DNA of 64,000 nt from Flaccisagitta enflata (taxonomy: Eukaryota). Positions within the stretch are counted from its first letter, which is position 1. Each line of letters starts with the position of its first letter. The notes under the pieces are model-generated. The model made no database searches. It saw only the letters and a list, made by a program, of their open reading frames with translations, and had not been told where the DNA came from. This document shows, piece after piece, positions 28,590-41,244 of this stretch. Position numbers and translations under genes: made by a program. Location: the NCBI GenBank assembly GCA_965153355.1, contig OZ231126.1, forward strand, positions 4,774,001 through 4,838,000. Reading direction: 5' to 3'.

Positions 28590-29135
28590 AGATGGTCAGC
28601 GGTACCCGTTGCCCCCATGTGAGTTTATGTGGATGTGTGGTGGTAAGAGGGGCAGCGGCCCCAAAGGGGCCGATGACCTATGCTTCGCCAGTTTGGAGCT
28701 TCAAGGCTGGGATTTGAGCTTCAAGGCTGGAATTTGAGCCTTAAGGCTGGGATTTGAGCCTTAAGACTGGGATTTGAGCCTCAAGGTTGGAATTTGAGCC
28801 TTGAGGCTGTGATTTGAGCCTTGAGGCTGTGATTTGAGCCTTGAGGCTGGGATTTGAGCTTCCAGGCTGGGATCTGAGCATCCAAGCTGGGATTCGAGCA
28901 TCCAGGCTGGGATTTGAGCCTCCTGGCTAGGATTTGAGTTAAAAGACTGAGATTTGAGCCTCAAGACTGGGATTTGAGCCTCAAGGCAGGGATTTGAGCC
29001 TCAAGGCTGGGATTTGAGCCTCAAGGCTGGGATTTAGGCCTCATAAGGGGGTGGACGGACGGAGGAGAAGAAGGAGGAGGTGAAATTTCTCCTGTGTGAA
29101 AGCATAGGTCATCGGCCCCTTCGGGGCCGCTGCCC
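28590..29135 (-). mobile_element. Family B element copy (reverse) with 21-bp GGCTGGGATTTGAGCCTCAAG array
   Basis: GGGCAGCGGCCCC inverted termini at 28650 and 29135; tandem 21-mers at ~28700-29040. Confidence 0.65.
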
Positions 29136-29245
29136 AAAAACGATGAAAAGGAAAAAAAGGAGAAAAGAAAAAAAGGAAAAAGGAAGAAAAAATGAAGAAA
29201 AAAAGAAATAAAAAGAAGAAATAAAAGAGGGAAAAGAAGTAGAAT

Positions 29246-29314
<69 letters not shown>

Positions 29315-30309
29315 GCCCCTCCTTATATCTCCTTGTCTGTCTGTCCATCAGTCTGACAAGTGATATATCCTCCTTAAAAATGTGAGTTTGTTAAGCGTAT
29401 CTTTGTAGTTTTGAAGTTGCAACCACAGATGAGTAAATACAGATACTTATGATAATTAAGGACCCGTCCCATACCGTACCGTCCCCGACACGATATTGCA
29501 ATCAATTGCATCGTTACGCCACGTGGCGGGAAATGGCGTTGTTGCAACGTCCACGGGATAGAGGTTTACCGCAGTGTCACGCTCGGCCCAGGTCATTAGG
29601 CAGGAATAGCCTCTTAGCCTTATGTCGCGTGTAGGTGGGTCCATCATGATGTAGCATGAATCTATGACAATTGCCGTTCCATATGTCATGTCAAGACGTC
29701 CAAAGACTTCATGGACATCCATTATCATACGTCCATAGTCCTTTGCCTTTTCCTTGGTCATATGATCCAAATGGCACACCTTGAGCACAACATTCTAACC
29801 TGAGTCATATACAGATACATCCTGAAGATTCATCCCATGGAGATGCATGGATTTCAATGATCACGAGTTTGTCATGCATTTGCCATTACTAAAGGTCATT
29901 TATTTTCATTTGTTTGGGAATATTCCTGTGGCCTTTCACTTTGGACTGATATCGATTTGATCCAATAAAGTCATTCTTCATTCTTCATTTTTGACTCAAG
30001 TGGAAAATTCCATCTTTGTGATTAGATCTCTGAGAACTCAATACGAGTTCATCTACAAAAAAACAAAAAAAAACTTTCATAACGTTTGGACCCATAACTC
30101 TTTCAAACTCATCAATTGTTTAAGATACACAGACTAACGACACATTCTAGCTCAATTCATCCAAAAGCTATTCAACTTTAACGGAACCCTTTCCATTTCA
30201 AAATTGTTTAAAAAAAATTAGAAAATTTCCGTTTTCAATTTGTATATACAAGATTCTGGATATTTACACAGGGTTCCTATTTTCAAAGTTTTTATTCAAA
30301 ACAAGAAAG

Positions 30310-31177
30310 ATGCCTGACTACTTCTCTGGATCTGAATGGAACTACCAAAAAGAACTTTATCATTTTTCTTCGACGCCGGAACAAAATTCGCGCAGAAAAA
30401 CATATTGGATAACAAAAACAATCTTTGTTGACAATTTTGAGGATCAGGGCCCCATGGAAACTGAGTGCTCCTGCCCCCTCGATCCAGATCCTGTGATATT
30501 CAGAATCGTCCTCATTTTCGACCAATCAGATCATCACGAATGCCGCGATCACAAACAGATGACCGTTAAATTGACGGCCATGAACAAGCCAACGAACGTG
30601 ATCAATATGAAATTACGCATTGTCGACGATATTCAGGCAGGGCCGAGGGGGTGTTTATGTTTGAAGCGCCTTTGATCACCCCCCCCCCCCGCCCCGATAT
30701 CCAGGCAGGGGTGCATACAATTGAGTCGCCTTTGGTTCCCCCTCCTGCCTTTAAGTTTTTTTCTCCCACAGCACGTTGCATCCTGTACGAAATTCATGAT
30801 TATGATCTTCATAGGACAATAAAATAGTACATTTTGGGCTCGTATTATGTCGAATTGTGTTTAAGTAATGATAATCAATGTTTTACAAATCTCTTCCACT
30901 TTTGGGCAGCTGCCCCGAAGGGTTCGATGACCAACACTTTCACTCATATGGGGTATTTTTCCCTCCTGCTGCTTCTCCTCCTTTGTACCCCCCCTCTTTG
31001 TCCCAAATTCCAGCTTAGTGGCCTAAATTCACTAAATTCTGCCAATTTTTGCCAATTTTTGCCAAATCCTGCCAAATTCTGCCAAATCTGTCCTTTGGAG
31101 CTGCTGCCCTGCTCCCTCTCTAAAATCAATCACAACCTACTAAGGCAGGGCGCGGGTACCGCTGATCATCTTACGCT

Positions 31178-31262
<85 letters not shown>

Positions 31263-34063
31263 CTCGATGATCAAAGACGATGACGCGTTTTGGCACCTAG
31301 ATGCGCAATAAAATAGTACATTTTGGGCTCGTATTATGTAGAATTGTGTTTAAGTAATGATAATCAATGTTTTACAAATCTCCTCCACTTTTGGGCAGTT
31401 GCCCCAAAGGGGTCAATGACCTACACTTTCACTCATATGGGGTATTTTTCCCTCCTGCTGCTTCTCCTCCTTTGTACCCCCCCTCTTGGTCCTAAATTCC
31501 AGCCTAGTGGCCTAAATTCAACTAAATTCTGCCAATTTTTGCCAATTTTTGCCAAATCCTGCCAAATTCTGCCAAATCTGTCCTTTGGGGCTGCTGCCCT
31601 GCTCCCTCCCTAAAATCAATCACAACTAAACCTACTAAGGCAGGGCGCAGGTACCGCTGATCATCTTACGCTTTTGCGACTATCTTATTTTGGGCAGCGC
31701 CCCCGGAGGGACAGATGACCAATGATTCCACAGAGGGCGATTTTCTCCAGTTTCTGATCTACATCTCCCTTTTCCCAGACCTCAAAACAGGCCCCCAGAC
31801 CCCATAACAATCCTCTCAGACCCCAAATCAGGCCTATCAGACCTAAAATCAGGCTTACAAGAACCAACTCAGGCCTCTCAAACCCAAAATCAGGCTTACA
31901 AGGCCGAACTCAAGCCTCTCAGACCCAATTCTGGCGTCTCAAACCACAAGTCAGGCCTCTCAGACCCTTATTCAAGCCCCTCAGATTAAAAAAAAATGTC
32001 TTCCAGACCCCAATTCAGGCCTCTCAGAACCCCAATTGAGGCCTCATCTCAGGGTATTCAGATCCTAACAGTGGCCAAAAAAAAATCGGACACTGCTTAT
32101 TTCTACCATAACTTGGTGCTGCATTTGAGAAAGTACATAAAATCTATGACCATTCTAAAGAGCTTCAAAAAATCTTCGATTTGAGTCGTTGAACAAAATT
32201 CTAACTCAAAAACTTTAGAAGTTATGTTAATTTGAAAAAAAAAAGTATCAAATTGAAATCTGCCAGATATGACGTTTTTACTAACTTGAATTCATGGACT
32301 AAATGTCTTTATTTGATTACCATTTCTAAACGGATTGACTTAAAAATGTCTGCTTGGCGCCATTTTGTAGATAATGAGTTATATTTTCATTTTCTCATAA
32401 ATTTTTCTTAGTTTCCTTTTGTCATTTATGTATTGTTTGCTTTTAAAGACAGAAGTAAAAGTACAGAATTCCTTCTATTGACAGATTATGGTGATGCTTA
32501 CTCCTAAACGGTTTGAGCTATAACTTTCTGCTTGGTCTAGATTTGAAGAACTTTCAAAGATCTTTCAAACGGTCACTGATTTTTTGTATTTTCATTGAGA
32601 CTGAGCCAGTTAAAAGAATCATAAACCGCCATGTCTGTTTTTTTTTGTTTTTTTTTTTTTTGCCATGGTTAGATCAGGCCCCTCAGACCTTCCGTACCTC
32701 AAATCCAGCCTTTCAGACCCCAAATTAGTCGACTCAGGAAATCGTCCTGTGTGGAATCGTAGGTCATCTGCCCCTCTGGGGCCACTACCCCTCTCACCAT
32801 CATATCCTTGTATAAACTAACACAGGGGCATCGGGCACAGCTGACCATGTAACGCTTTTGCAATTATTTTCTCTCTCTTTCTCTTTCCCATCATTGGTTC
32901 TCTTCCCCACTTTCTTAACCCTTTGCTTCCCCGCCCCCTCTGTTCAATTCAACTCACTCAACCATGAACATCCGTGTATTCAGGATGTGGTGACAACACT
33001 TACGTCTTGGAAAGTGGATCATATCGACCTCCGTTTGAACGCGAAAGGAGGACGCGTTTTCAAAAGAATTCGCGCGCCAATTTTACCCTTTTCATTGACC
33101 GCCGAAATTGAATACGATGATTGGGGACAAGAGCCTTCAGACTTCAGTCAGGCTCAAAAGGATTTCCTGAAGCTGCTGGAAATGGAGAAAGACGCCGATG
33201 TGGAGTTTGTGGTCGGCGATGGCAAAGGCGGCAGCGGCGGTACCGGCGGCGGCAGCGTTGGGGGAGGCGGCAGCAGCGGCAGCAGAAAAAGAGGGGAGGG
33301 CAGTGGTGAGGCAGGCGACGACAACGTTGGCAGTGGCAACGGCAGCGGCAGCGGCAAGGACAGAGGCGAGGGCAGTGGCAACAGCAGTGGTGGTGACAGC
33401 AGCAGTAGTATCAGCGGTGGCAGTGGTAGCGAAAGTGAAAACAACAGTGAAAGTGGCGACCTCAGCGGCAGCGGCAGGGGCAGCGACAGTGAAAGCTGCA
33501 GCAGCAGCAGCAGCAATGGCAGTGTCAACAGCGATGTCAGCGGCGAGAGAATCATGGCCCACAAAAGCATTCTTTCCGCGAGATCGATTTATTTCACCAA
33601 CATGTTCGAGTCGGGCATGAAGGAGAATCTGACCAACCAAGTGAAGATCACAGACGCGGAACCAGAAACCTTCAGGGCTTTCCTGAGATACGTCTACGCG
33701 GAAATTCCGCCGGAAGAACCTCCTTTGGCGCTGAAAGTCATCGTCATCGCCGACAAGTATGGAATGAGAGATCTCAAAGAAGTCTGCGAAAGGGTTTTGT
33801 TCACCAATTTGAGTAGTCGGCGAGTGGAGGATGTGGGCAACGTGGATGCGGTTGTCGACGCGCTGCTGATCGCCGAAAAGCTTCGTTGCGGAGATTTGCT
33901 GACGCGGGCCAGAGTCGTTTTGAGGGAAAATGTGGAGAAGATTTCTGATGAAAATCGGGACAAGTTGATCAAGAATGATCCTCAGCTCGTCTTTAAGATG
34001 TTTGAGCATGCTTGCAGGATCAATTCGAATCAATCGAAACGGAGCAATGAATTGTATTTATAA
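30310..34063 (+). CDS. BTB/POZ-domain protein (SPOP/TDPOZ-like, possible divergent MATH-like N-terminus), 2 exons, ~468 aa
   Basis: Exon 2 (32984-34063) encodes BTB motifs ADVEFVVG...ERIMAHKSILSARSIYFTNMFESGMKE...VKITDAEPETFRAFLRYVY...ADKYGMRDLKEVCE plus BACK-like helices. Exon 1 (30310-30636) is a non-repetitive beta-rich ORF that joins in phase 0 only through a GC donor; its linkage is inferred. Confidence 0.8.
30821..31680. repeat. Direct duplication of ~360 bp (30821-31180 / 31310-31678) containing a family B-related element
   Basis: Two near-identical blocks separated by (GA)n. Confidence 0.85.
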
Positions 34064-34773
34064 CGCGTTTACAGCGTTTATAGCTCTAAAGCATGCTTTT
34101 AAAATGTGGAGAAGATCGAAGATTACCAACGCGAATTGGGACAAGTTGATCAAGAATGATCCTCAACTTGTGTTTAAGATGTTTGAGCATGCTTGCAGGA
34201 TCAATTCAAATCAATCGATTTGGATCAATAAGTTGTATCTATAACATGTCTAAAGCGAGTTTATAGCGTGTTTGATATGTGTTGATAGCTTTATAGTGTG
34301 CTTGTAATATTCATCTCTGAAAAATACAGTGTGCGAGCTTGCTTTCACTGATGGTAGGGTGTACTCATCATGATAGATATTATAAGAACCTTAATAAACT
34401 GATTCTTTGATCTTCTAATGATGTACGAAAATTGTTTTAAGTATAAACAAACACGAACATAGCGTGATTGGAGTTTTTTTTTTTCTTTTTGGTCATTCTC
34501 TAATAGATATCTTATGCTCTTTGTTTGGCTTTTGTTCTTGCAATCACCATCACAACTGTCATGAAACAATGAACAGAAGCTGTATTGTCATCCCTGGAGG
34601 TCGTAGTTCTTCTTTGAGAGAACATAACTAAAAACCATGATTATCATTTGACATGGACTACAAAAGTTAGCTTTACAGCCTAATGTTTTGTCATTTCTCA
34701 TCGATTAATACCACTAAAATAACCTAAGTCTGAATAAAAACCTAAGTCAGTCTCTGTCTCTGTCCGTCCGTCC

Positions 34774-34871
<98 letters not shown>

Positions 34872-35151
34872 GCGGTGACATATCAAATCGTGTGCCAACA
34901 ATGAATCATATGCTGAAAAATATGTACCTCGTAAAACTTTTAACGCAATAGATTCAGTTTGCATCAACCAATCAAAATATCCAAAAATTGGGAGACAAAA
35001 AAAATTTCGGGAAATGGAGCCAACTTAAGACAGAGAAGGCAGATGAGAAGACGCGGCAAAATGTTCACGGTCAAATAAGATGAAATGGACAGTCAGGTTG
35101 ATTCACTTAACGCAAGAGTCATATATATTTGGATTGACGGACCGTTCTAAC

Positions 35152-35287
35152 TAGGGATGTGGAAGCGATTGACCGCTTCCAATTTGGAGGATGTGATAGC
35201 TACTAGTATTTGAACCGTAAAATGGAAGCGGAAGCGGAAGCGGAAGCGGTGGAAGCGGCATGAAAATCAACCGCTTCGGCATCCCTA
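35152..35287. mobile_element. 136-bp hAT MITE (Ac-like TAGGGATG termini)
   Basis: TAGGGATG...CATCCCTA with perfect 8-bp TSD GTTCTAAC and internal GGAAGC repeats. Confidence 0.85.
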
Positions 35288-35637
35288 GTTCTAACAGTCG
35301 GATGGACGGAGCTGTGGCGCACCTAAGATTGATTTTTGGCTGAAACATGTCAAACGGATGCATGTGTTGTTCCAATACATTAAAATGTTATCGTTTGAAG
35401 ACACGCTGAAGCACTCCGCAACGCCAAGCTTGAATTTTGTGGCATTTGCGAAAAATAGGCAAAAAGAATCTATCGATTTGGTATGTACATATTTTGATAT
35501 CATTTTTATTTGTTCGCGTTCCGAAACACAAAGAAATGGCAGCGACGGAGCGTTGGAATTGTGCGCTGCCAGCATATTGGCTTTTTGGCTTACAATAAAA
35601 AAAAGCTGCCTCTTTGCTTTGGTTGTTATCATAAAAG

Positions 35638-35867
<230 letters not shown>

Positions 35868-36133
35868 GAGAACTGGGGACGGCGCGTGCTTATACATGCA
35901 TCGTTGGGAACTCGAAGTTCGTAATTGTAGAGGCAGAAAGAGGGAAAATAGAAGGAAGAGAAGAAAAGACAAAATGGGAAAGAGGGAAGAAATGGGAGGA
36001 GGGAAGAGAAGAAAAAAGAAAAGAAACAAGGGAAAGGAGGGAAAGGAAGGAGCAAGGAATGGAGGAAGAAAAGGAGGTTGAAAGAAAGAGAAAAAATGAA
36101 AAGGGCAAAAGGGCACCATTCTCCATTTCCTTC

Positions 36134-36205
<72 letters not shown>

Positions 36206-36866
36206 GTTGCCCTCAAAATTCAAATGGCGCATAGAATCAAGGACTTAATGAATCATGATCAGTAATTACAATGTCTTAACCACCAGATTTAAACAACAAT
36301 AGGATGCGAAGACAAAAAAGTTTTAGAATTTACACTCTTAATCATTTGCATTTGTACAAAACGTCAGTAACTTTAATTCTGCTTTGAATTATTTCTACAG
36401 GGATAAGGAAGCCAAGAGCTCATTTTGAAGAGCATAATGACATTCATTCTGTTAGCGGTATCAACCATACCATAGTGGGAGAAATATCTTTCACAAACAC
36501 TGCGGTACTAGAGATGAACAATGACGCTGGGTCACAATATTGTTGCAGACAGGTAGGCAGAAGCATCCAAACCTCATCCACACCCCCCCTCACTCACCTG
36601 CCACCCCCCACACAGGTGTGGTAAAGCAAATCTGTATGTATAAAAGTAAGATCACACCTTGAATCCTCCATTTCATAATCTATCAATCGCATCTTGGATC
36701 AATTAACGTACTATTATTGATGCGCTCATACAACGATGATTGTAAACCACATTTATGTTGACGTGGGTTGATGTGGATTGCTCCAACAGTTTTCTGGAAC
36801 TTTTGCGGTTGATTTTTACTATCCTATCACACTGCCTCCTTTCGATAACTGAATTGAGATTTCAGA

Positions 36867-37146
36867 AAACAAGGCCAAGTAGGCCAACGATGCGTCCTCT
36901 TTGAGTGAATGCTTTTTATGAATGAATGTTTTTATGAATTAATGTTTTTTTATGAATAAATGTCATTTATGAATGAATAAATGAATTATTGAATGAACTA
37001 GTGGATGTATGCTTCTTTTACTGGGTCAGGACCACTTTTCTGTTAAAAGAATGCATGAATTCAAAGATTTTAATGAATGCGTTACCCAACCGACCAACCA
37101 ACCGACGGCCAGAGCCTATTATAGAGATGCGAGGACGCATCTAAAA
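36867..37146 (-). mobile_element. HINE-like family C; second copy at 44797-45087
   Basis: Palindromic end AGATGCGAGGACGCATCT, ACCA/ACCG microsatellite, hairpin GGCCAAGTAGGCC; the two copies are colinear. Confidence 0.65.
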
Positions 37147-38973
37147 AATAATCACTTCAACATGTTTACACTTCATTTGCAGAATATATTTGGAGTTGAG
37201 CAGCAATGAAATCCAATGACGGGCCGGGTAAATAACAAGGCCAGATACACGGCTACTCTAGTTGCGTGTGGGTGAGCAGGGTCAGTGATGGAGAGGGACA
37301 CTGGGGCATTAGGGCAGCAGCAGTGAGCTAAAAATGCTCAAAAACGCCTAAAAAACAAAAATTGGGACCGACCAACCAACCAACCGACCGACCAACCGAC
37401 CAACCAACCAACGGATAAAGCGGGATGTAACGTCGTGTAGCACGCGACTATACAGTGTAAGTGATTTTCTATCCAGGTCAAAATAAAATGGACAAAGCGG
37501 GAGGTTAAGACGGGGGAGGGGGAAGAGGAGGTGGAGTGTCAGGTCAGGTCAGGTTTGGAATGAGTGAATAGCATCCATTGTCAATAATGCTGCAGGGTGT
37601 AGGAGGTAAAGCCGTCCCTCTGGAAAGGGTTGTCGGCGATTGTAGCGCGACAAAGCGGGCACGTCCGCTCCTGATCAAACCACTTGGAAACACACTCTTT
37701 GCAGAATATATGTTTGCAGCTGAGTTTGATGGGCTCCTTAAATTCGTCATGGCAAATGGGACAGTTATTTTCCAACATTGTGACTCCGTTAGAATTCAAA
37801 TTGATTGGATTGACACATGATGATTGCATATCAAGGCCGGCCCTTGCTTGATTTTGACCAGTAATCAATGTTGTGACCCCGCTTGAAATTGAATTGATAG
37901 GATTGACACATGATGATTGGCTGTTGAGGCTTGCCTGTGCTTGACTTTGTCTAGTAATCAATGTTGTGACCCCGCTTGAAGTTGAAAAGATAGGATTGAC
38001 GTGTGTTGATTGGCTGTTAAGGCTTGCCTGTGCTCGACTTTTTCTAGTAATCAATTCTTTGATCTTGAAGCAAGCAAGATAAAGCAATAAAGCAAGCAAG
38101 GGAGCAGGGACTATGACCACAACTATGACCACAATTAGGGTATAAATGTTTTTAGTTCCTTTTCTGTTACAAATGACAGACGGAGAACTGCGCCACACGC
38201 CATCCGCGTGACATGTGAGATCCCCGCCCGCAGGACAACAGTATTCTCCCTTCTTTTTTATCATATTTCCTTTTTTACGGTCTCTGCTTTCTTTTGCAAC
38301 ACATGATGATCCCACAGGGCTGGAGTACTTTGTGTCACACTCCCAAAAGCATCCTTTGACATATGGTTTTGCGCCGCATTCAAATATCTCGCAGTGAAGG
38401 TTTTGACTCTGCCAAATGCCTTCGCCAGTGAACATGGATTGTGAATCTGCTTGGCAAACGACTTCTCCTCCAACAATCAAACGATCCCAATTGGCCGCCG
38501 CTCGACATCGAGACCCAAAGGAACTACCATTAGTACAATTCACTAAGCTAAAAGCGAAACAAGTTGAGTTAAGATTATAATGATAATCTGACACTAAAGA
38601 CTTAGGAGGCGGTGGCCAAGGACACTCGATCATACCGCATGTCACATGGCCGTCCCATGAGCCCTTTTCATTACAAAAAAATTGACCTTTGGCATGGTGT
38701 CCTTCCGGTACATTGATGGAGCAAACTGTACCCGAGAATAGGGTGTTTGAGGAACAAGAATAATGAACGGCTACTATGTTAGAAGAATCTCGCAGATTCT
38801 GACACGTATTAGGATATGGTATTGAATGAATTGGCTGGCAAAATTGTCGACAGGCTGTTTCCTGTCTCATTTTCCAATTGAATGCGTTTCCTGGGCCAAA
38901 TTCAACGGCGCATTGGAACTCAACTTGATCTCCATTATTGGCTGGACGGAATCCTGGTTTACAGTCTCTCTTG

Positions 38974-39276
38974 GCGCGTGGTGGCCGAGTGGTTACAGCT
39001 CTTGCCTTCGGTTTCGAGGGTCGCGGGATCGATCCCCGTCTGCGTTCCCCGCTCAGGCGTAGCATTGCTAGCGTAGCGTGTGTTTATGATTGAAATAAAG
39101 CTCCCCTTACGGTTGAAGCAGACAACAATTTGACACGACATTGACAGGAGTCTTACACAAAAAGATCCAATGGCATGGCCCAATGTGGTGGATTGCATGG
39201 CCTCTCTGAAGATCAGATGCTGCATTCATGCTCATCTCGCCCGGGTAGACTCCCCCGGTTAACAACAACAACAACA
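38974..39276 (+). mobile_element. tRNA-derived SINE inserted in a coding exon
   Basis: tRNA-like head with A box TGGCCGAGTGG and B-box-like GGATCGATCCC, (AAC)n tail, and a perfect 13-bp TSD ACAGTCTCTCTTG at 38961-38973 and 39277-39289. Confidence 0.9.
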
Positions 39277-40087
39277 ACAGTCTCTCTTGACAATGTCGAG
39301 GATATGGACGACTTCTGAGGAGTGGTTGGAAGAGTTCGTCAATGACAAGGGATTGATGGTTTGGAGCGAGTTGATCAGAGGATGCAGGTCATTCATAAGG
39401 CAGCCGCAAACCCGAGCCGATTTAGTGCCTGTAACATCAAGAACGAGGAGGAGGGAGATGTAAAGGATTTAAATGATATTTACAAAAACAGAAAAAATAA
39501 GTTGAAAAAAAAAAGACAGGGGTGTAAATAATTGAGCGGCTTTTGATCTTATTCCCCGCCTGCCTTTGTTTTTCTTCCCCACGCCGCGTCGCGTTAAAAA
39601 ATCCATGATTTTCTTCCTCACAAAGCAATAAAACAGTATATTATAGGTTGAAATAGTGTTAAAATGTGATGTACTATCTAACTTATATATACATATATCG
39701 ACAAGCATTTAAAGCAGTAACTCTGTTTAGAATAAAGAATCATATAAAAATCATTGAGATTCTGAAACTACTTCGAATTTCTGACTAAATACTGCAAACC
39801 GCATCCTTTTAGCTCATGGCATTTAGATTTGACAAGCAAAACAAAATTGATACCCCAAATGAAAAATGGCAAAAATAATGCATCTTGTTTCTTTTTAGTT
39901 TCTGAATTGAGTAACAAAGAGTAGATTGGAAATTCTTCACCTAACTTTTGGTCCTCTATACGATGCCAAACACTTCCTACATTTTCATGGTCAATTTCAA
40001 CCCCAATGGGTCATTTGGATTGCAATTGAAGCAAGGAAGGACCTACCATTAGCTAAAGAATGGTCATAAAACTCTCACTAGAAAGGG

Positions 40088-40188
<101 letters not shown>

Positions 40189-40498
40189 AAAACAAAAATA
40201 ATCATTCTCCACCTTTTTCCACTTCCAATACATGGATGATGGACTCAAAACAAGTGCAACTTCCATTCTTGAAAAAGGTCCAGCCTTTCGCCACTGAACT
40301 CAAGGCTCCGGATTCGCAGCTTTGTCTACAGCCATGTGGAGTCGCCACGTCAATTTGCGATGTTGAATGGAGAAAAGTCGAATTTCCAACAAAAGACACT
40401 CCATCAATTGGGATCGAACATTGAACCGCCGTGCCAGAGAGAGTGGCACCATCCTGTGGGGAAAAGGAGGAGAGAGAAAATCAGAGAGAAAGAGAGCA

Positions 40499-40614
<116 letters not shown>

Positions 40615-41244
40615 GCTCGAAACCTCCTTTGAAACATCAAATTTTACTTTTGAAGCATGCTGTCTTCATGAGTGTAGTGATGTTCTCCAATTTATACAGC
40701 TGAACCCTGCTCCAACAGGTACTGGAATGATAATCTATATGATTATAAGCGCCTCAGTGGAAACGCCAGTAAGAGAAGCGTCAGAATTGTAAGCTTGAAA
40801 ATCATGTAAGCAATATTCTCTTAAGCGCGAGAATGATACATGCCCCCTACCGGATGAAAACGGACTCGCTTTTTATGGAATGCCGCCTACAAGAACAGAT
40901 ACTAACTTATTGTCCCCTCTTTTCTTTTATTACCTAAATTGGCTTCAGCAGAATCCCACCTATAACAGATAAAATATGGAGATCCTCATAACAGTAAACA
41001 GAATGATCATAGCGCACCAACCTTGAGTTCTACGACGGGTATTGGGCCAACGATGTTGATGCCTTCAATCGGTGGCCCGAGTTTATATGTTGTCAACCTG
41101 ATATTCCTGACGGCGCCAACAAATCTCTGATCAGCGTCGAATTTCATTCTGTCAAAGTCATTCAGTTTTTGGCCAAAGACGAGTTTTCCGCCGGCGCAAA
41201 GCGACGTTGGATTTATAATCCGCTCCCCGTTGATAAAGAGAATA

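Noticed and set aside
33137-34033. 298-aa antisense ORF
   Set aside because: Shadow of the GC-rich BTB coding exon.
38974-39050. tRNA gene
   Set aside because: The cloverleaf stems are imperfect, and it is the head of a SINE with body, (AAC)n tail and TSD.
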